From NCBI GenBank assembly GCA_050575255.1, contig JBNZDD010013692.1:3535379-3599378 (forward strand): 64,000 bases of DNA, read 5' to 3'. This stretch comes from Harriotta raleighana. Taxonomy: Eukaryota. The notes under the pieces are model-generated. The model was given only the letters and a program-made list of their open reading frames with translations, made no database searches and had not been told where the DNA came from. The position numbers and the translations under genes were made by a program. Position 1 is the stretch's first letter. Every line of letters starts with the position of its first letter. This document shows positions 1 to 10,205 of this stretch, one piece after another.

Positions 1-59
1 TACTGCTGATTGTCTGTCCTCTTTACGGGCCCATTAGCAAAGACTGCTTTCAAGACTGG

Positions 60-200
60 TGATGAGCCCAGATTGATCGTACGGTGTGGGAAGGAGTAAG
101 GAAAGGAATGGGTAAAGACTTGTCTGGAGTATAAACACCAGCACGGATTGGTTGGCCCAAATGGCCTGCGTCCACGCTGTACATTCTTCGTAAATCTCTG
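60..200 (+). mobile_element. CR1-clade LINE 3' end fragment
   Basis: TGGAGTATAAACACCAGCACGGATTGGTTGGCCCAAATGGCCTG...CTGTACATTCTTCGTAA matches the shark CR1-type 3' UTR motif also seen at 9860-9927 and 31410-31478. Confidence 0.7.
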
Positions 201-939
201 AATACTATCAATCTAGTGCACGGGCAAGTCGCTAGATTGGCTGCCTTTACATCAGCCTAGCTAATTTGAGTGTTTGTCAAAGGCAAACTGAGTTAAGTTA
301 GCAAGGCTGATGGCAAACAAGACAGTTTCATGTAGAAAATCTTGCAAACATTCTGTAACGTTCCACTGGATTCGAGACCCAGGAGTTCCCAGTGATAGTG
401 AGAGATTAATGAATCCCTAGGAGTGATTACAAGGCAGTAAACTAACCAAGATGTCAGAAACTCAAAGAGCAAAGATCGAGCAGTTTATAATAGTCATCTG
501 AGCCATGAGATTAAATTACTACTTTGCAATCATTCCCTGGTATCCCTTTATTTGAATAGTATATGTGGTTTTAATATTCTGCGTGCCTTTAGTCATTAAA
601 TTCTGAAAGTGTTTTTGTGCTTTAGGTTGGACCGCAAATGTCAAGAGGACTCTTGTGTCTGTGATGCACGATGACATTCTCACACCAGGATTAACGACTG
701 TGACATTATCACTGTGGTTTTAATCGAGAAATAGTCTTACTGGGTGGGAGATTTGGTGTCTGCCACATCCTGTATTACTGCTCAACTCCCAGCTCGTTCA
801 GCACCATTTCTTCAGTTCAGCACCTTTCTCTGGGACTCTACTTTTCAAAGGCACTTGTATTATAAATTATTGCCAATTCACAAATATTTTACGGTGAATC
901 TCTTCTCTTCTTCTCCCACCCACCCACCCATGTCTAGTT

Positions 940-1290
940 TCATCTCTTACCCCTCCACTCTCAAAGTTGGTGACTCATGTTTAGTGGCTACAAACTTGGC
1001 AACAGTCTTCCGCTTCCTTGCCCAAGTATCATCTTTCATGTGCACATCTTCAACTGTTAGTGTTTGCAGGCTGTTTGATTTAGAGGAGCGAGGAATGAGG
1101 AGAACACAGCGATCAAGCCTGATCCTATCCTTACCTGATCTGACATTTACATATAAGATCTACCAATGGGATAACAAAGCAGTGCGATTCTACCCTCTCC
1201 CTTGCCTGGGGACACTGTGGCCAAGTGCAGTGCCCCAGACAAGATCAGCTAACTCAGAACAGACCAGAGAAAAGCCTGCATCTTCCTGAA
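940..1290 (-). mobile_element. AmnSINE2-like SINE, degenerate
   Basis: Minus strand reads GGTCTGTTCTGAGTTAGCTGATCTTG...GGATAGGATCAGGCTTG...AGCCTGCAAACACT...CACATGAAAGATGATACTTGGGCAAGG. Colinear with copies at 6680, 9930, 48892 and 57122. Family name from recalled consensus. Confidence 0.6.
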
Positions 1291-1299
1291 CGCACTACA

Positions 1300-1800
1300 G
1301 CACATATATGCAACAAAAATGCTATTTAATGAGCTTTCATTGATAATAATAATCCTTGCATTTGATAAAGCGCTTTTCACATCTTATCGACGTCCCAAAG
1401 CGCTTCACAGAATATACTGTAAAGTATATACTGAATTGACTGTATATTTGTGGGGGGGATATACTGACAGCTTCAACATTTCCTGTTTGAAAAGAGTATA
1501 AAGATTTTATCCGATTCCTGAAATGTCCCTTGAAGCACACCTTTCTCCTTCCCTCNGCACATATATGCAACAAAAATGCTATTTAATGAGCTTTCATTGA
1601 TAATAATAATCCTTGCATTTGATAAAGCGCTTTTCACATCTTATCGACGTCCCAAAGCGCTTCACAGAATATACTGTAAAGTATATACTGAATTGACTGT
1701 ATATTTGTGGGGGGATATACTGACAGCTTCAACATTTCCTGTTTGAAAAGAGTATAAAGATTTTATCCGATTCCTGAAATGTCCCTTGAAGCACACCTTT
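1300..1800. repeat. Assembly overlap duplication around single N (1556)
   Basis: 1300-1544 is repeated at 1557-1800 and differs only in a G homopolymer (7 vs 6). Confidence 0.9.
1343..1453 (-). mobile_element. SINE family A 3' tail (artefactual second copy at 1600-1711)
   Basis: (ATA)n ATCCTTGCATTTGATAAAGCGCTTTTCACATC...AAGCGCTTCACAGAATATACTGTAAAG, the tail shared by more than 20 copies in the window. Confidence 0.9.
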
Positions 1801-1896
1801 AGCAGTGTTCACTATTGCTATCATTCTGGATGTTTTTTTCCTCCCCATGTGCTTAACAAGCTAAGAAATGTTGGTGCTGAGAAATATATTACTTAC

Positions 1897-1951
1897 CAAA
1901 TTGTGCACACAGTGTCTGTGTGATATCCTTCCAGGTCAGATAAGAGCATTG
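1897..1951 (-). CDS. Candidate small exon (55 nt), host gene unknown
   Basis: Minus strand ATCTTTCCTCTCCTTCCAG acceptor and TG|GTAAGT donor. Two open frames: QCSYLTWKDITQTLCAQF or MLLSDLEGYHTDTVCTI. An upstream ATG|GTAAGT donor at 2049 would give a 97 nt intron. No homology recognised. Confidence 0.3.
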
Positions 1952-3221
1952 CTGGAAGGAGAGGAAAGATCTTTCTTCTCCGATCAACATCCCACTTGAG
2001 TCCCAAACTTCAGAACACCAAACATTAGTGGAATAGTGTAACACTTACCATTTTCCACACCGCAGGCTTCTGAGTCAGATTGCCAGTTTAGTGCTGAATT
2101 CAGTTTGTCCCAAAAGCCAATTTTATTTTAAAAAATATTATGTTTCTTATTAAACTTAATAATAAGTTTAATAACAAACTATTATTACTACAGTATTATT
2201 TTTATCCTTTTTAAAAAAAAACTTTTTTAAAATTCATCTGGACTGGCAATTGGATTTAAACTGTCTAAAAGCCACACAAGACAGTTTCCACATTTAGTGA
2301 ACGTTATTTGCCCACACATGCATAGCCACAATGTAACAGAAAACATTGTGAAGCACTTAATGATATTCTCAGCATTATACGTACTGTAATGATCATTATT
2401 ACTGCCAAAACACTACAAATTTGCCTCATATCCAGGCTAAATATTGAAAAATAAAATAAAATCCTTTTCTCATGGCTTGGTGTAAAGTATGCCCAGGTCC
2501 TTCCTCTCTCCCTTTTCTCTCTCTGTATTTAGACTATCTTTTCTATTGTTTACAAGTAGATTGGCAGAAATCTCAACAAGTAGTAAAGGCTTTCTCTTTG
2601 CATTTCCCGTGTGCTGAACGTTTTGATGAACGACCCCTGAATGACCAGCCTTTTAGCGATTCAGGACTGAATGGCCCACAGGCAAATCAATAGACAGAGG
2701 ATGGCAGATTGAAAAGCAGAAAAACAGCATGAGCAGAGAGGATACATCTGCTTCTCACTAACACCAATGGCCCTTTCCAATTCTCCTTTATCGCCTGCAG
2801 AAGCACCAACACCCAAATGTCTCCATCACCAGCAGATGGTCTTTGACTAAGGTATAATCAGGAGCAGACTGTAAGATTAACCCACGGTGCACTCATAATT
2901 ATAGACTATGACTGAGAAAGCATAACTAGAGAACTGGGATTTGGTTAATCTTATCATTGACCTGACTTGCCTAGGCTATCGGGGATAAAAAAAACTCATC
3001 TCCCAAGTCTTATAAATTCAGCTGCTGTAATTTGTAACAATATAATAAGCTGCTGGCTCTTTATTTACAAGCAAGGCCTCTGGTGACACGGGTTAGAAGT
3101 TGCTGTTGCCCTGGTTGAAAATATAGCCACAGTCAGGCTTGCAGGATTCACTTCAAATTTTATTTTTCATATAGTCATCAATGCCAACTAACACTTTTAC
3201 TTGTGTGTTGTATGTATCAAC

Positions 3222-3550
3222 CTGAGCCAGTCAGTAACACTCTCATATGCAGAGGTTTGGTGGTTTCAGGCCCCACATCAGAACGTCAAGCTTCCGTAGT
3301 CTAGGCTGACATTCCAGTAGAGTGCTGGGGTGCACTGCATTGTTGGAGGTGTCAGGCTTTGGATGAGATATTAAACCAAATTCCACTTGCTTGTCCAGGT
3401 AGATATTAAAGATCCAATGGCACTACTTGAAAAGGGAAGAGTTTCTCCTGGTGTCCTGACCAATCAATCCCTTAAATAAATCGGCCATTCACTTAATAGT
3501 TGTTTGTGGGACATTGCTGTATGCTATTTGGCTGTTGTGTCTGTACAAAA
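3222..3550 (+). mobile_element. DeuSINE (SacSINE1/AmnSINE1-like) with full Deu domain
   Basis: GGATGAGATATTAAACC...GGTAGATATTAAAGATCCAATGGCACTACTTGAA...GTTTCTCCTGGTGTCCTGACCAAT...TGTTTGTGGGACATTGCTGT, the Deu core motifs in order. Confidence 0.75.
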
Positions 3551-3621
3551 TAATCTGCTTCTCTTCACTTCCCCATTCTCAAAACTGGCACTATCCTGTG
3601 TTAAGAATTTCCTTCCAAATA

Positions 3622-4461
3622 CAGTAAAACCTTGTTTAGCCATGACTCGAGTAATTGGAAAACCCGTTCAACCGCCACCTCCAAAAAAAAAGTCCCGGTC
3701 CGACTAACCGAAAGTTATCCGGCGACACATTGAATGTCGGGTTTAAACTCGTTCCGGGTCCTTTTAAAACTCACGGTTTTTATTTTACCTTGTTCGAATG
3801 GATGAGTGCCTGGTCATTGGGAAGGTAAGTTGCTACAAGTAGCGGCCAGAGAGGGGGCGGGGGGTGGGGTAGGAGAGGAAACGGAGAGAGAGGGAGGGAG
3901 GAGGGTGGAATGGAGAGAAAGAAAGGGGGGGAAATGAGATATGGGGAAAGGGAGAGAGAGAGAGATAGAGAGGAAAGGGTGGGAGGGACAGAATTTATAT
4001 GATGGATTCAGACTGAATATCTTTGAGGGTCTGTGTCTATCTGTGTGTGTGTGTTTGTGTGTCTGAGTGTGTGTGTGTGTGCTGGCTNAATTTATATGAT
4101 GGATTCAGACTGAATATCTTTGAGGGTCTGTGTCTATCCGTGTGTGTGTGTTTGTGTGTCTGAGTGTGTGTGTGTGTGCTGGCCGTTAGGTCTAAACTCG
4201 TTGCTATTTAAACTCGCGTTTTTTACCTCCCGTCAAATCAGTGCTGCAATTCTGAAGTTAAGTATAAATAATCATGTACTAATAGAATATTCTGTTATTA
4301 TTTAGTCCATTATTAATATGGTATGTGTTTAAATATTTTTTTCTAATTTTTTGAAAAAATATTTAATTTTAAAAAATTGGGGAAAAATCTGTTCAACCAG
4401 AAAAACCATTTAAACGCGACTGGCCAGGTCCCATGGGTGCCAGATAAACAAGGTTTTACTG
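3622..4461. mobile_element. Tc1/mariner (Tigger/pogo-type) non-autonomous element
   Basis: TIRs CAGTAAAACCTTGTTTA / TAAACAAGGTTTTACTG, flanked by TA at 3620-3621 and 4462-4463. Internal GA-rich and (GT)n tracts. Confidence 0.85.
3992..4183. repeat. Assembly overlap duplication around single N (4088), includes (GT)n microsatellite
   Basis: 3992-4086 is repeated at 4089-4183 with one T/C difference. Confidence 0.9.
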
Positions 4462-5625
4462 TATTTGTAAAGCGCATGAGACATTGCATCCCATGTGAAA
4501 GGCAAAAAGCAAATGAAAGTTGTTGTTAGCATAACTAGCACTTGTCACTGTCACTCTTATCATTTCAAATCCTTTCTGGACAGCCTGGCATTTAGATTAG
4601 ACAGTAAACACCGAGTGTGCAAATAGAGGACATGGACAGTTTTAACTTCCACCTGCAATTGCTGAAAAACATCAATTAAACAGCAACAGTAGACTCCATC
4701 AGTAATCTAAGAGTACCTCACCAACCACACCCAGCACAAGTGGACTGTGCTAACTCTAAAAAGATTTCAAAAGTAGAATGCACATTTTGATGCAGGCCAG
4801 AGAAAGCTGGTATTTTTACCAACGATGAGCAGAAAAAAGTATACTGTATTAGGAAACTTACAGGAGCTGAGTGGCTGTAATCAATGCAGAAGCCAACAGC
4901 AGAGTCCGAATGTGTTCAGGTTTAAGTGACTCTGGAATTCATTTCATCCTGAAGTACTGAGTGAAGGGTACTACATGTAAGAGGACTCCCACTCAGACTT
5001 CAAGCACCTTTACTCCTGGAAGGACTCTGGGATGAAGAAGGTTAAGTACATCTGTCTTTGGAATCACTATTGGCATTGATTGTCACACAATATCTAAACT
5101 GAGCCACTCAAAAGCAACTTAATTGACACTGTGGTTCTGCTTCATAACAAATTGTCCACAGACTCCCCTCCCGGATTCATTCTCACGATGCAAAGTGGCC
5201 AAAGCCAACAAGATACAGTATGTAAAAAAAACATTTATTTTCAGCCTCAACGCAGCCAAGTGACTGAAGGTGACTTTCCACTACATTTAGATCCTGCAGT
5301 CTGTTTAACCGCCCATTAGTGACCTAGGTTCACATAACAAACGTCTGAGAATGTGTTTAAAAAAAACTATTCCTAAATGGTGATAGCAAGCAATATGGAC
5401 TTCATATATCATCTTGATCATATGTGTTGTACAACTTAGAATTTCTGTCAAAATACATTGAACATATATCTGGCTCACTTGTTCTTCCTGTCATGCGATG
5501 CTGTACCACAGTGGCAGTCCCATTCTTCTCAATCAGAGCCCTTTGCAACGCTAAATGGCTCCCAGGAAGTTAACAAGCAAGTCAGAATGAAACAGAATTT
5601 TCCCAGAGCAAAGAAGTTAAATCTT

Positions 5626-6070
5626 AATAATACGTAATAAATCTTGCATTTGATGGAGCACTTTTCACTTCTGGGGGACATCTCAAAATACTTCATAGGA
5701 TATACTGTGAAGTGTGATAGGTGGTTGTTTTGTAAGTAAACCCATTTGTACCAAGTGATGTCCCACAAACAGCCATAGAGTATGGGACCAATTTTATCTG
5801 GGGATTGTTGGCCAGGACATCAGGAGAAACTTTGTTCTCTTTTCGACTGGTGTCCTTGAGCCACCTGAGTCACTTTAATGTCCACCTGAACAGATGGGTG
5901 GTGTCTCAGTTTATAGTTTCATTCAAAGGAGGACTGCACCTCCAACAATGTAGCTCACCCCCAGCACTGCATTGGAGCATCAGACTGGACTATAAAAATT
6001 CCAAGACTCAACATTAGGTTTGAACCCTCAACTGTCTTAATTCATACGCAAAAGTGCTACCAAGTGAGCC
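5626..6070 (-). mobile_element. DeuSINE, near full length
   Basis: Tail ATCTTGCATTTGATGGAGCACTTTTCAC. Deu core reversed (TTTAATGTCCACCTGAACAGA, TTCATTCAAAGGAGGACTGCACCTCCAACAATG). tRNA-like head remnant GGTTTGAACCC...GTGCTACCAAGTGAGCC. Confidence 0.75.
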
Positions 6071-6679
6071 TGGCTGACACCCTATCATTACTATACTGTT
6101 TCATTAGAAATTATAGCATCTGTCTTGGATCATGCTACAATGTTGTAAGACAATCTCCAGGTTCAGTTGACTTCATAAACCTCCAGACACTGAAGTCATC
6201 CAAGTCCCTTCTGTTACAGTCTTCAACCCAGTCCATGGCAACTATTAATCTACATGTCACCTTACCTCAACAGGAAATAATTCACTCTCTAGGCTCGTGT
6301 GCATGTATATATGTGTGTGGGAACTAGACAGGCAACAGTCAGCTAACAAGGCTGCGATTCAATAACCTCTTCTGATAGCATCATACACCCCAAGAGCAAT
6401 GCTCGAAGCACTTAAGTCAAACAAACTCCCAGATTGAATTACGGTTTAAACACATCGACAGATTTTTTTGGAAAAAAACACTACACAGAAGGAATGCTGG
6501 CGTCAGTAGAACAGTGGCCCAAGCAAAAGGCTAACGAAGATGACTATGACAAACGGTTTATATAATCACCTGACTTAGTTTATAATAAGTAATACGTGTT
6601 ATTTTAAAGCAAACAACAAAAGATGGCCCAGAGGCAAAGATATCTTCCAACGAAGCACCCACAGTTCACAAAGTCGCAG

Positions 6680-6935
6680 GTTGCATTCCCAATCTGTTCC
6701 AAGTTCCAAGCATTAGAATTGCTTTTGGGAGTATATTTCTAACAATTACCTCCACCCTCACCCCCTCCCCTCACCTGGTTTTAAAGTGTGTGTGGACTTT
6801 GGGTGAGAACAATGACTGAGCTCAGGTGTGATGTTCACCACAATATCATAGCCTGTCGATACTCATTCTCTGGGCTCAGACTTGTAGACAGCCAGGGAAT
6901 GCTGGGATCTATGAAACCATACACCAGAAAGAAGA
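6680..6935 (+). mobile_element. AmnSINE2-like SINE, degenerate
   Basis: GTGTGTGTGGACTTTGGGTGAGAACAATGACTGAGCTCAGGTGTGATG...ATAGCCTGTCGATACTCATTCTCTGGGCTCA, colinear with the other copies. Confidence 0.55.
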
Positions 6936-6940
6936 GATAC

Positions 6941-7256
6941 AGGGGTCCAAATTCCACTTGGGTCTAGATTTACACTAATTTCTTGGCATTTCAGCATCTA
7001 TAATTTGGCACATTCTTCAATGCAGCTTTAATTTTGATGCCGGTTTTCTGCAAGGTTGTTTAGGAATTACAGAAAATCAAAATCACCTTTAATGTTAAGA
7101 CTGATTTCAACAATTCCCCAGTTCTGGATGCTCTGNTTACAGAAAATCAAAATCACCTTTAATGTTAAGACTGATTTCAACAATTCCCCAGTTCTGGGTG
7201 CTCTGAAATGCGAAGTAAATAAAGTAAATCCAGTTCCATATGGAATTTGGCTCCCT
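6941..7256. mobile_element. Palindromic MITE-like element
   Basis: Left AGGGGTCCAAATTCCACTTGGGTCTAGATTTAC vs reverse complement of right end AGGGAGCCAAATTCCATATGGAACTGGATTTAC. Inner arms GCATTTCAGCATC / GCTCTGAAATGC. No clean TSD. Confidence 0.5.
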
Positions 7257-7396
7257 ACCACCATCTTGGGTGTCCATCCAGTTTTGTCAAGCACCNGAAA
7301 TGCGAAGTAAATAAAGTAAATCCAGTTCCATATGGAATTTGGCTCCATCCCTCCTCCACCACCAACTTGGGTGTCCATCCAGTTTTGTCAAGCACC
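7067..7396. repeat. Two assembly overlap duplications around Ns at 7136 and 7296
   Basis: 7067-7135 matches 7137-7205 (1 SNP). 7205-7295 matches 7297-7396 (small indel/SNP block). Confidence 0.9.
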
Positions 7397-8490
7397 TTGT
7401 GACATCCTCCTGATATGAAATTGTACTTTAAAGAAATTTTGTTCCATCAGTGGGTGGGTTGGTGGGGGCGATGCAATAAGCAGAATATAAGGAATCGTGG
7501 TTTTCTTAGTGCGTGAATGGTTTGTACTCAAAGGTTGAACCTACTGAACTTCAACAACAAATCAAAGTTTGTATTGGGGAGGAAAGAAATACAGGGCACA
7601 TTAAGGGGAAAGATTATCAGTGTACAGTGAGGGTTGGGCTATTTGATTGTGCAATCCTAAATGTTGTGCCAGTATTAAATACTTCTCTTAAAGGGACCCC
7701 ATCTCTACTTAAACAGAGGGGCACCTCACCAGGATACAGGAACTGCCAATGACACTACCAAATGCACTCTTGATTTTCATAGGAGTTTCAGAGGTGTCCT
7801 GTTTAAATCGTTAAATTATGGTTATAATTGTTACCATAGGATCTACTGCAGGTTAACATGGCTACAGTCAGGTAAGGTGTCCTGCAATCAAAGCCCTTCG
7901 CATTGCAGATCTTAAGTCATTCCACAAACATCCTTTATTGTACAAATTGTACTGATCTCCGAGCCTCCCAGTGTTTGTAATAATCTTAAATTAAGACCTT
8001 TGAAGGTAACATGATATTCTCAAAATTGAAAATAGCTCTATTCACATTTCAACCACATTTTAAATGGGGGCTGGTCTTTTCCTGGTATTTTCCGCTTTTA
8101 TTTGTATGCAAGAATAAAATGCACTAAAAGGTAAAAGTTTAGTACATTCCTTATGCAGCTTTGCATAGCCTGAAAGCATCATAAACCTGCCCCAACAAGA
8201 AGGGGCGAGATGGAGACTGGCTGCTGCGCTAACTAAATATCTCCAGGAGGTGCAGATGAGAACTGCTGATAGGCGTCTGTTTGTTTATAAAACCAGCAGG
8301 CGTGCAGCAAGCAGATACACAGATGCAGGAAGATTTAAGTAGTGGGCACAGAATGTAAACCAGTTGCCAATTAAACCCTGTTTTGAACAGCAGAGTCAAA
8401 TTACATTAGAATCCCGTCCACAAAGTGTCACTCTTCACTGGCATTAGTTCCCTCACCCCTCCCCATATGGTCAGCATTACCAGTCTCGTA

Positions 8491-8778
8491 CTGTAAAGTG
8501 AATTGACTGAATATATCTGTGGGCAAAACGCGGCATCTCCTTGCGCATAGCAGTGTTCCACAAACAGTCATGGATTGAGTGACCAAATTAATATTTGTTT
8601 ACGATTATTTTATTTGAATGCATTATTAATCCCAGAAAGCAATCCGCCAATCAACTAACAACCGGGTTCCTACTTACTACTAAGTAAACAAAGGCGTATC
8701 TCGCCTAATGTTTCAGCCAGCTTGAGAATCGAAACTGCTTGCGAGGCGAGTGCTCTAAACATTAAGTTACAGGAGTTC
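8491..8778 (-). mobile_element. SINE family A-related copy with divergent middle
   Basis: CTGTAAAGTGAATTGACTG...CAAACAGTCATGGATTGA body and tRNA-like head GCTTGCGAGGCGAGTGCTCTAAAC...TACAGGAG. Confidence 0.7.
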
Positions 8779-9049
8779 AAATGCATGGGGTCATTTCTTA
8801 CTAAACTGAAGCAGATTCACGCTGAGGCAACACCTTGCACACACACACACATATATATATATAGAGTGTCTATAATGTGTTGGGAGTTTTTTCTAACTTC
8901 AGTCTGGATTACTGAGATAGGCATAACCCATGAAAGTAGGAGGAAGGTGACTAAAGATATATACAAAGAGATAAGTTGTTAGAATTGTTATGCCCTTATG
9001 AACATCATTACATAAGTATGAGAAGAAAGTAAGAACTCACATATAGGCA

Positions 9050-9160
9050 GAAGCTACTTTTTACCATTTGTAAGAGAATGGAGACTAGCATGTCTAATTT
9101 GAGGGAGAAGGAAATGCAGGGTATACGAAAAGGGATTAGGAGGGCTACAAGCTCATGTAT
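9050..9160 (+). mobile_element. CR1 LINE 3' fragment (continues at 9860-9927)
   Basis: GAGGGAGAAGGAAATGCAGGGTATACG...GCTCATGTA, then after a ~700 bp insertion TAAACAATAGTACAGGCTAGTTGGGCCCAATGGTCTGTTTCC. Confidence 0.55.
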
Positions 9161-9219
9161 ACTCATTTACCCACAAAACACACAGTGCCTCCACTGTATA
9201 TCTTGCAAAATACCTTGAG

Positions 9220-9738
9220 GCAACAACAACAACAAAATTACATTTATGGGGAGCTTTCTATGTCGGGAGGATGTCTCAAGGCGCTGAACAGTCAGGGGTC
9301 GGTCAGGAACTAAGCATGGCGGAGGGGCAGGGTAGGGGGGAGGGGAGGGAGAGAGTTGGGAGAGTGGCAGAAAGCACAATCGAAAAGGAGGGTCTTGAGA
9401 CTGGCCTTGGAAGGAAACAAGGGAGGAAGCGAGGCAAAAGGATTGTTGGATAGAGTTCCAGAGTGTGGGGGCTAAAGAGGCTGAAAGCCTGGTCACCAAT
9501 GATAGGGCAGGAGACATGGAGCAGACAGGACCTCACTGAACAGAGAGGGCAGGCGGGTTGTTAGGGAGTCAGCAGGTCGGAGAGATAGGAGGGGGCAAGG
9601 CTGTGAATGGTCTTGAAAGCGAGGTCAAAGATCTTGATTTCAATCCTCTGGGGGATGTGGAGCCAATGGAGCCCGGCAAGAGTGGAAGTGATGTGGTCAT
9701 GGAGCTTAGGGTGGGAGAGGGCACGGGCTGCAGAGCTG
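9220..9738 (-). mobile_element. L2-clade LINE 3' end (ORF2 C-terminus remnant, 3' UTR, (TTG)n tail)
   Basis: Minus-strand translation HDHITSTLAGLHWLHIPQRIEIKIFDLAFKTIHSLAPSYLSDLL...GDQAFS...LWNS matches the conserved L2 ORF2 C-terminal HITPxLxxLHWLP...APSYLSDLL...GDRAF...LWNSLP motif. Contains stops/frameshifts. Confidence 0.9.
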
Positions 9739-9753
9739 CAATCTCCCTAAGTG

Positions 9754-9853
9754 AAATAATTATCCTTGCATTTGATATAGCTCTTTTCACATCTTCTAGA
9801 CGGATCAAAGCACTTCACAGAATACTCTGGAAAGTGAATGACTGTATATTTTT
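9754..9853 (-). mobile_element. SINE family A 3' tail
   Basis: ATAATTATCCTTGCATTTGATATAGCTCTTTTCACATC...AAGCACTTCACAGAATA. Confidence 0.85.
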
Positions 9854-9929
9854 GTTATTATAAACAATAGTACAGGCTAGTTGGGCCCAATGGTCTGTTT
9901 CCATTGCAGAATCTAATGTAATTCTGTGC

Positions 9930-10205
9930 CCCCTGAATTAGCAAGTCTAAATCAAACAGTGTTTCTGCTGTGGCTCACTAGCCAGTCAATGTTAGTGTGA
10001 GAATTTGTATGCATATTTCACATGCAGATAAGATTGGGGTTGGGCTTGATTGTGAAGTCTCCACAGTCTCTCATGTGAGACCTCCCATTGTCTGCACTCA
10101 TGCATAGAGAATGGATCACTGGGTGAGGTCTTGGGGGACTGCATAGCTCTGTAAAGCTACGTTCAGCAGAGGTAGCGCCTTTGGGAGAGGAAAAGGTGAG
10201 AAAAG
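9930..10205 (+). mobile_element. AmnSINE2-like SINE 3' half
   Basis: GGGCTTGATTGTGAAGTCTCCACAG...CTCATGCATAGAGAATGGATCACTGGGTGAGGT...GCGCCTTTGGGAGAGGAAAAGGTGAGAAAA. Confidence 0.5.

Noticed and set aside
951-1075. Apparent minus-strand exon (VEDVHMKDDTWARKRKTVAKFVATKHESPTLRVEG with GTAAG donor)
   Set aside because: It is colinear with the 3' half of the AmnSINE2-like SINE and the acceptor is weak; exonisation cannot be shown from sequence alone
744-1289. Longest ORF in the track (181 aa)
   Set aside because: GTG start, no recognisable domain, and mostly the antisense of an AmnSINE2-like element
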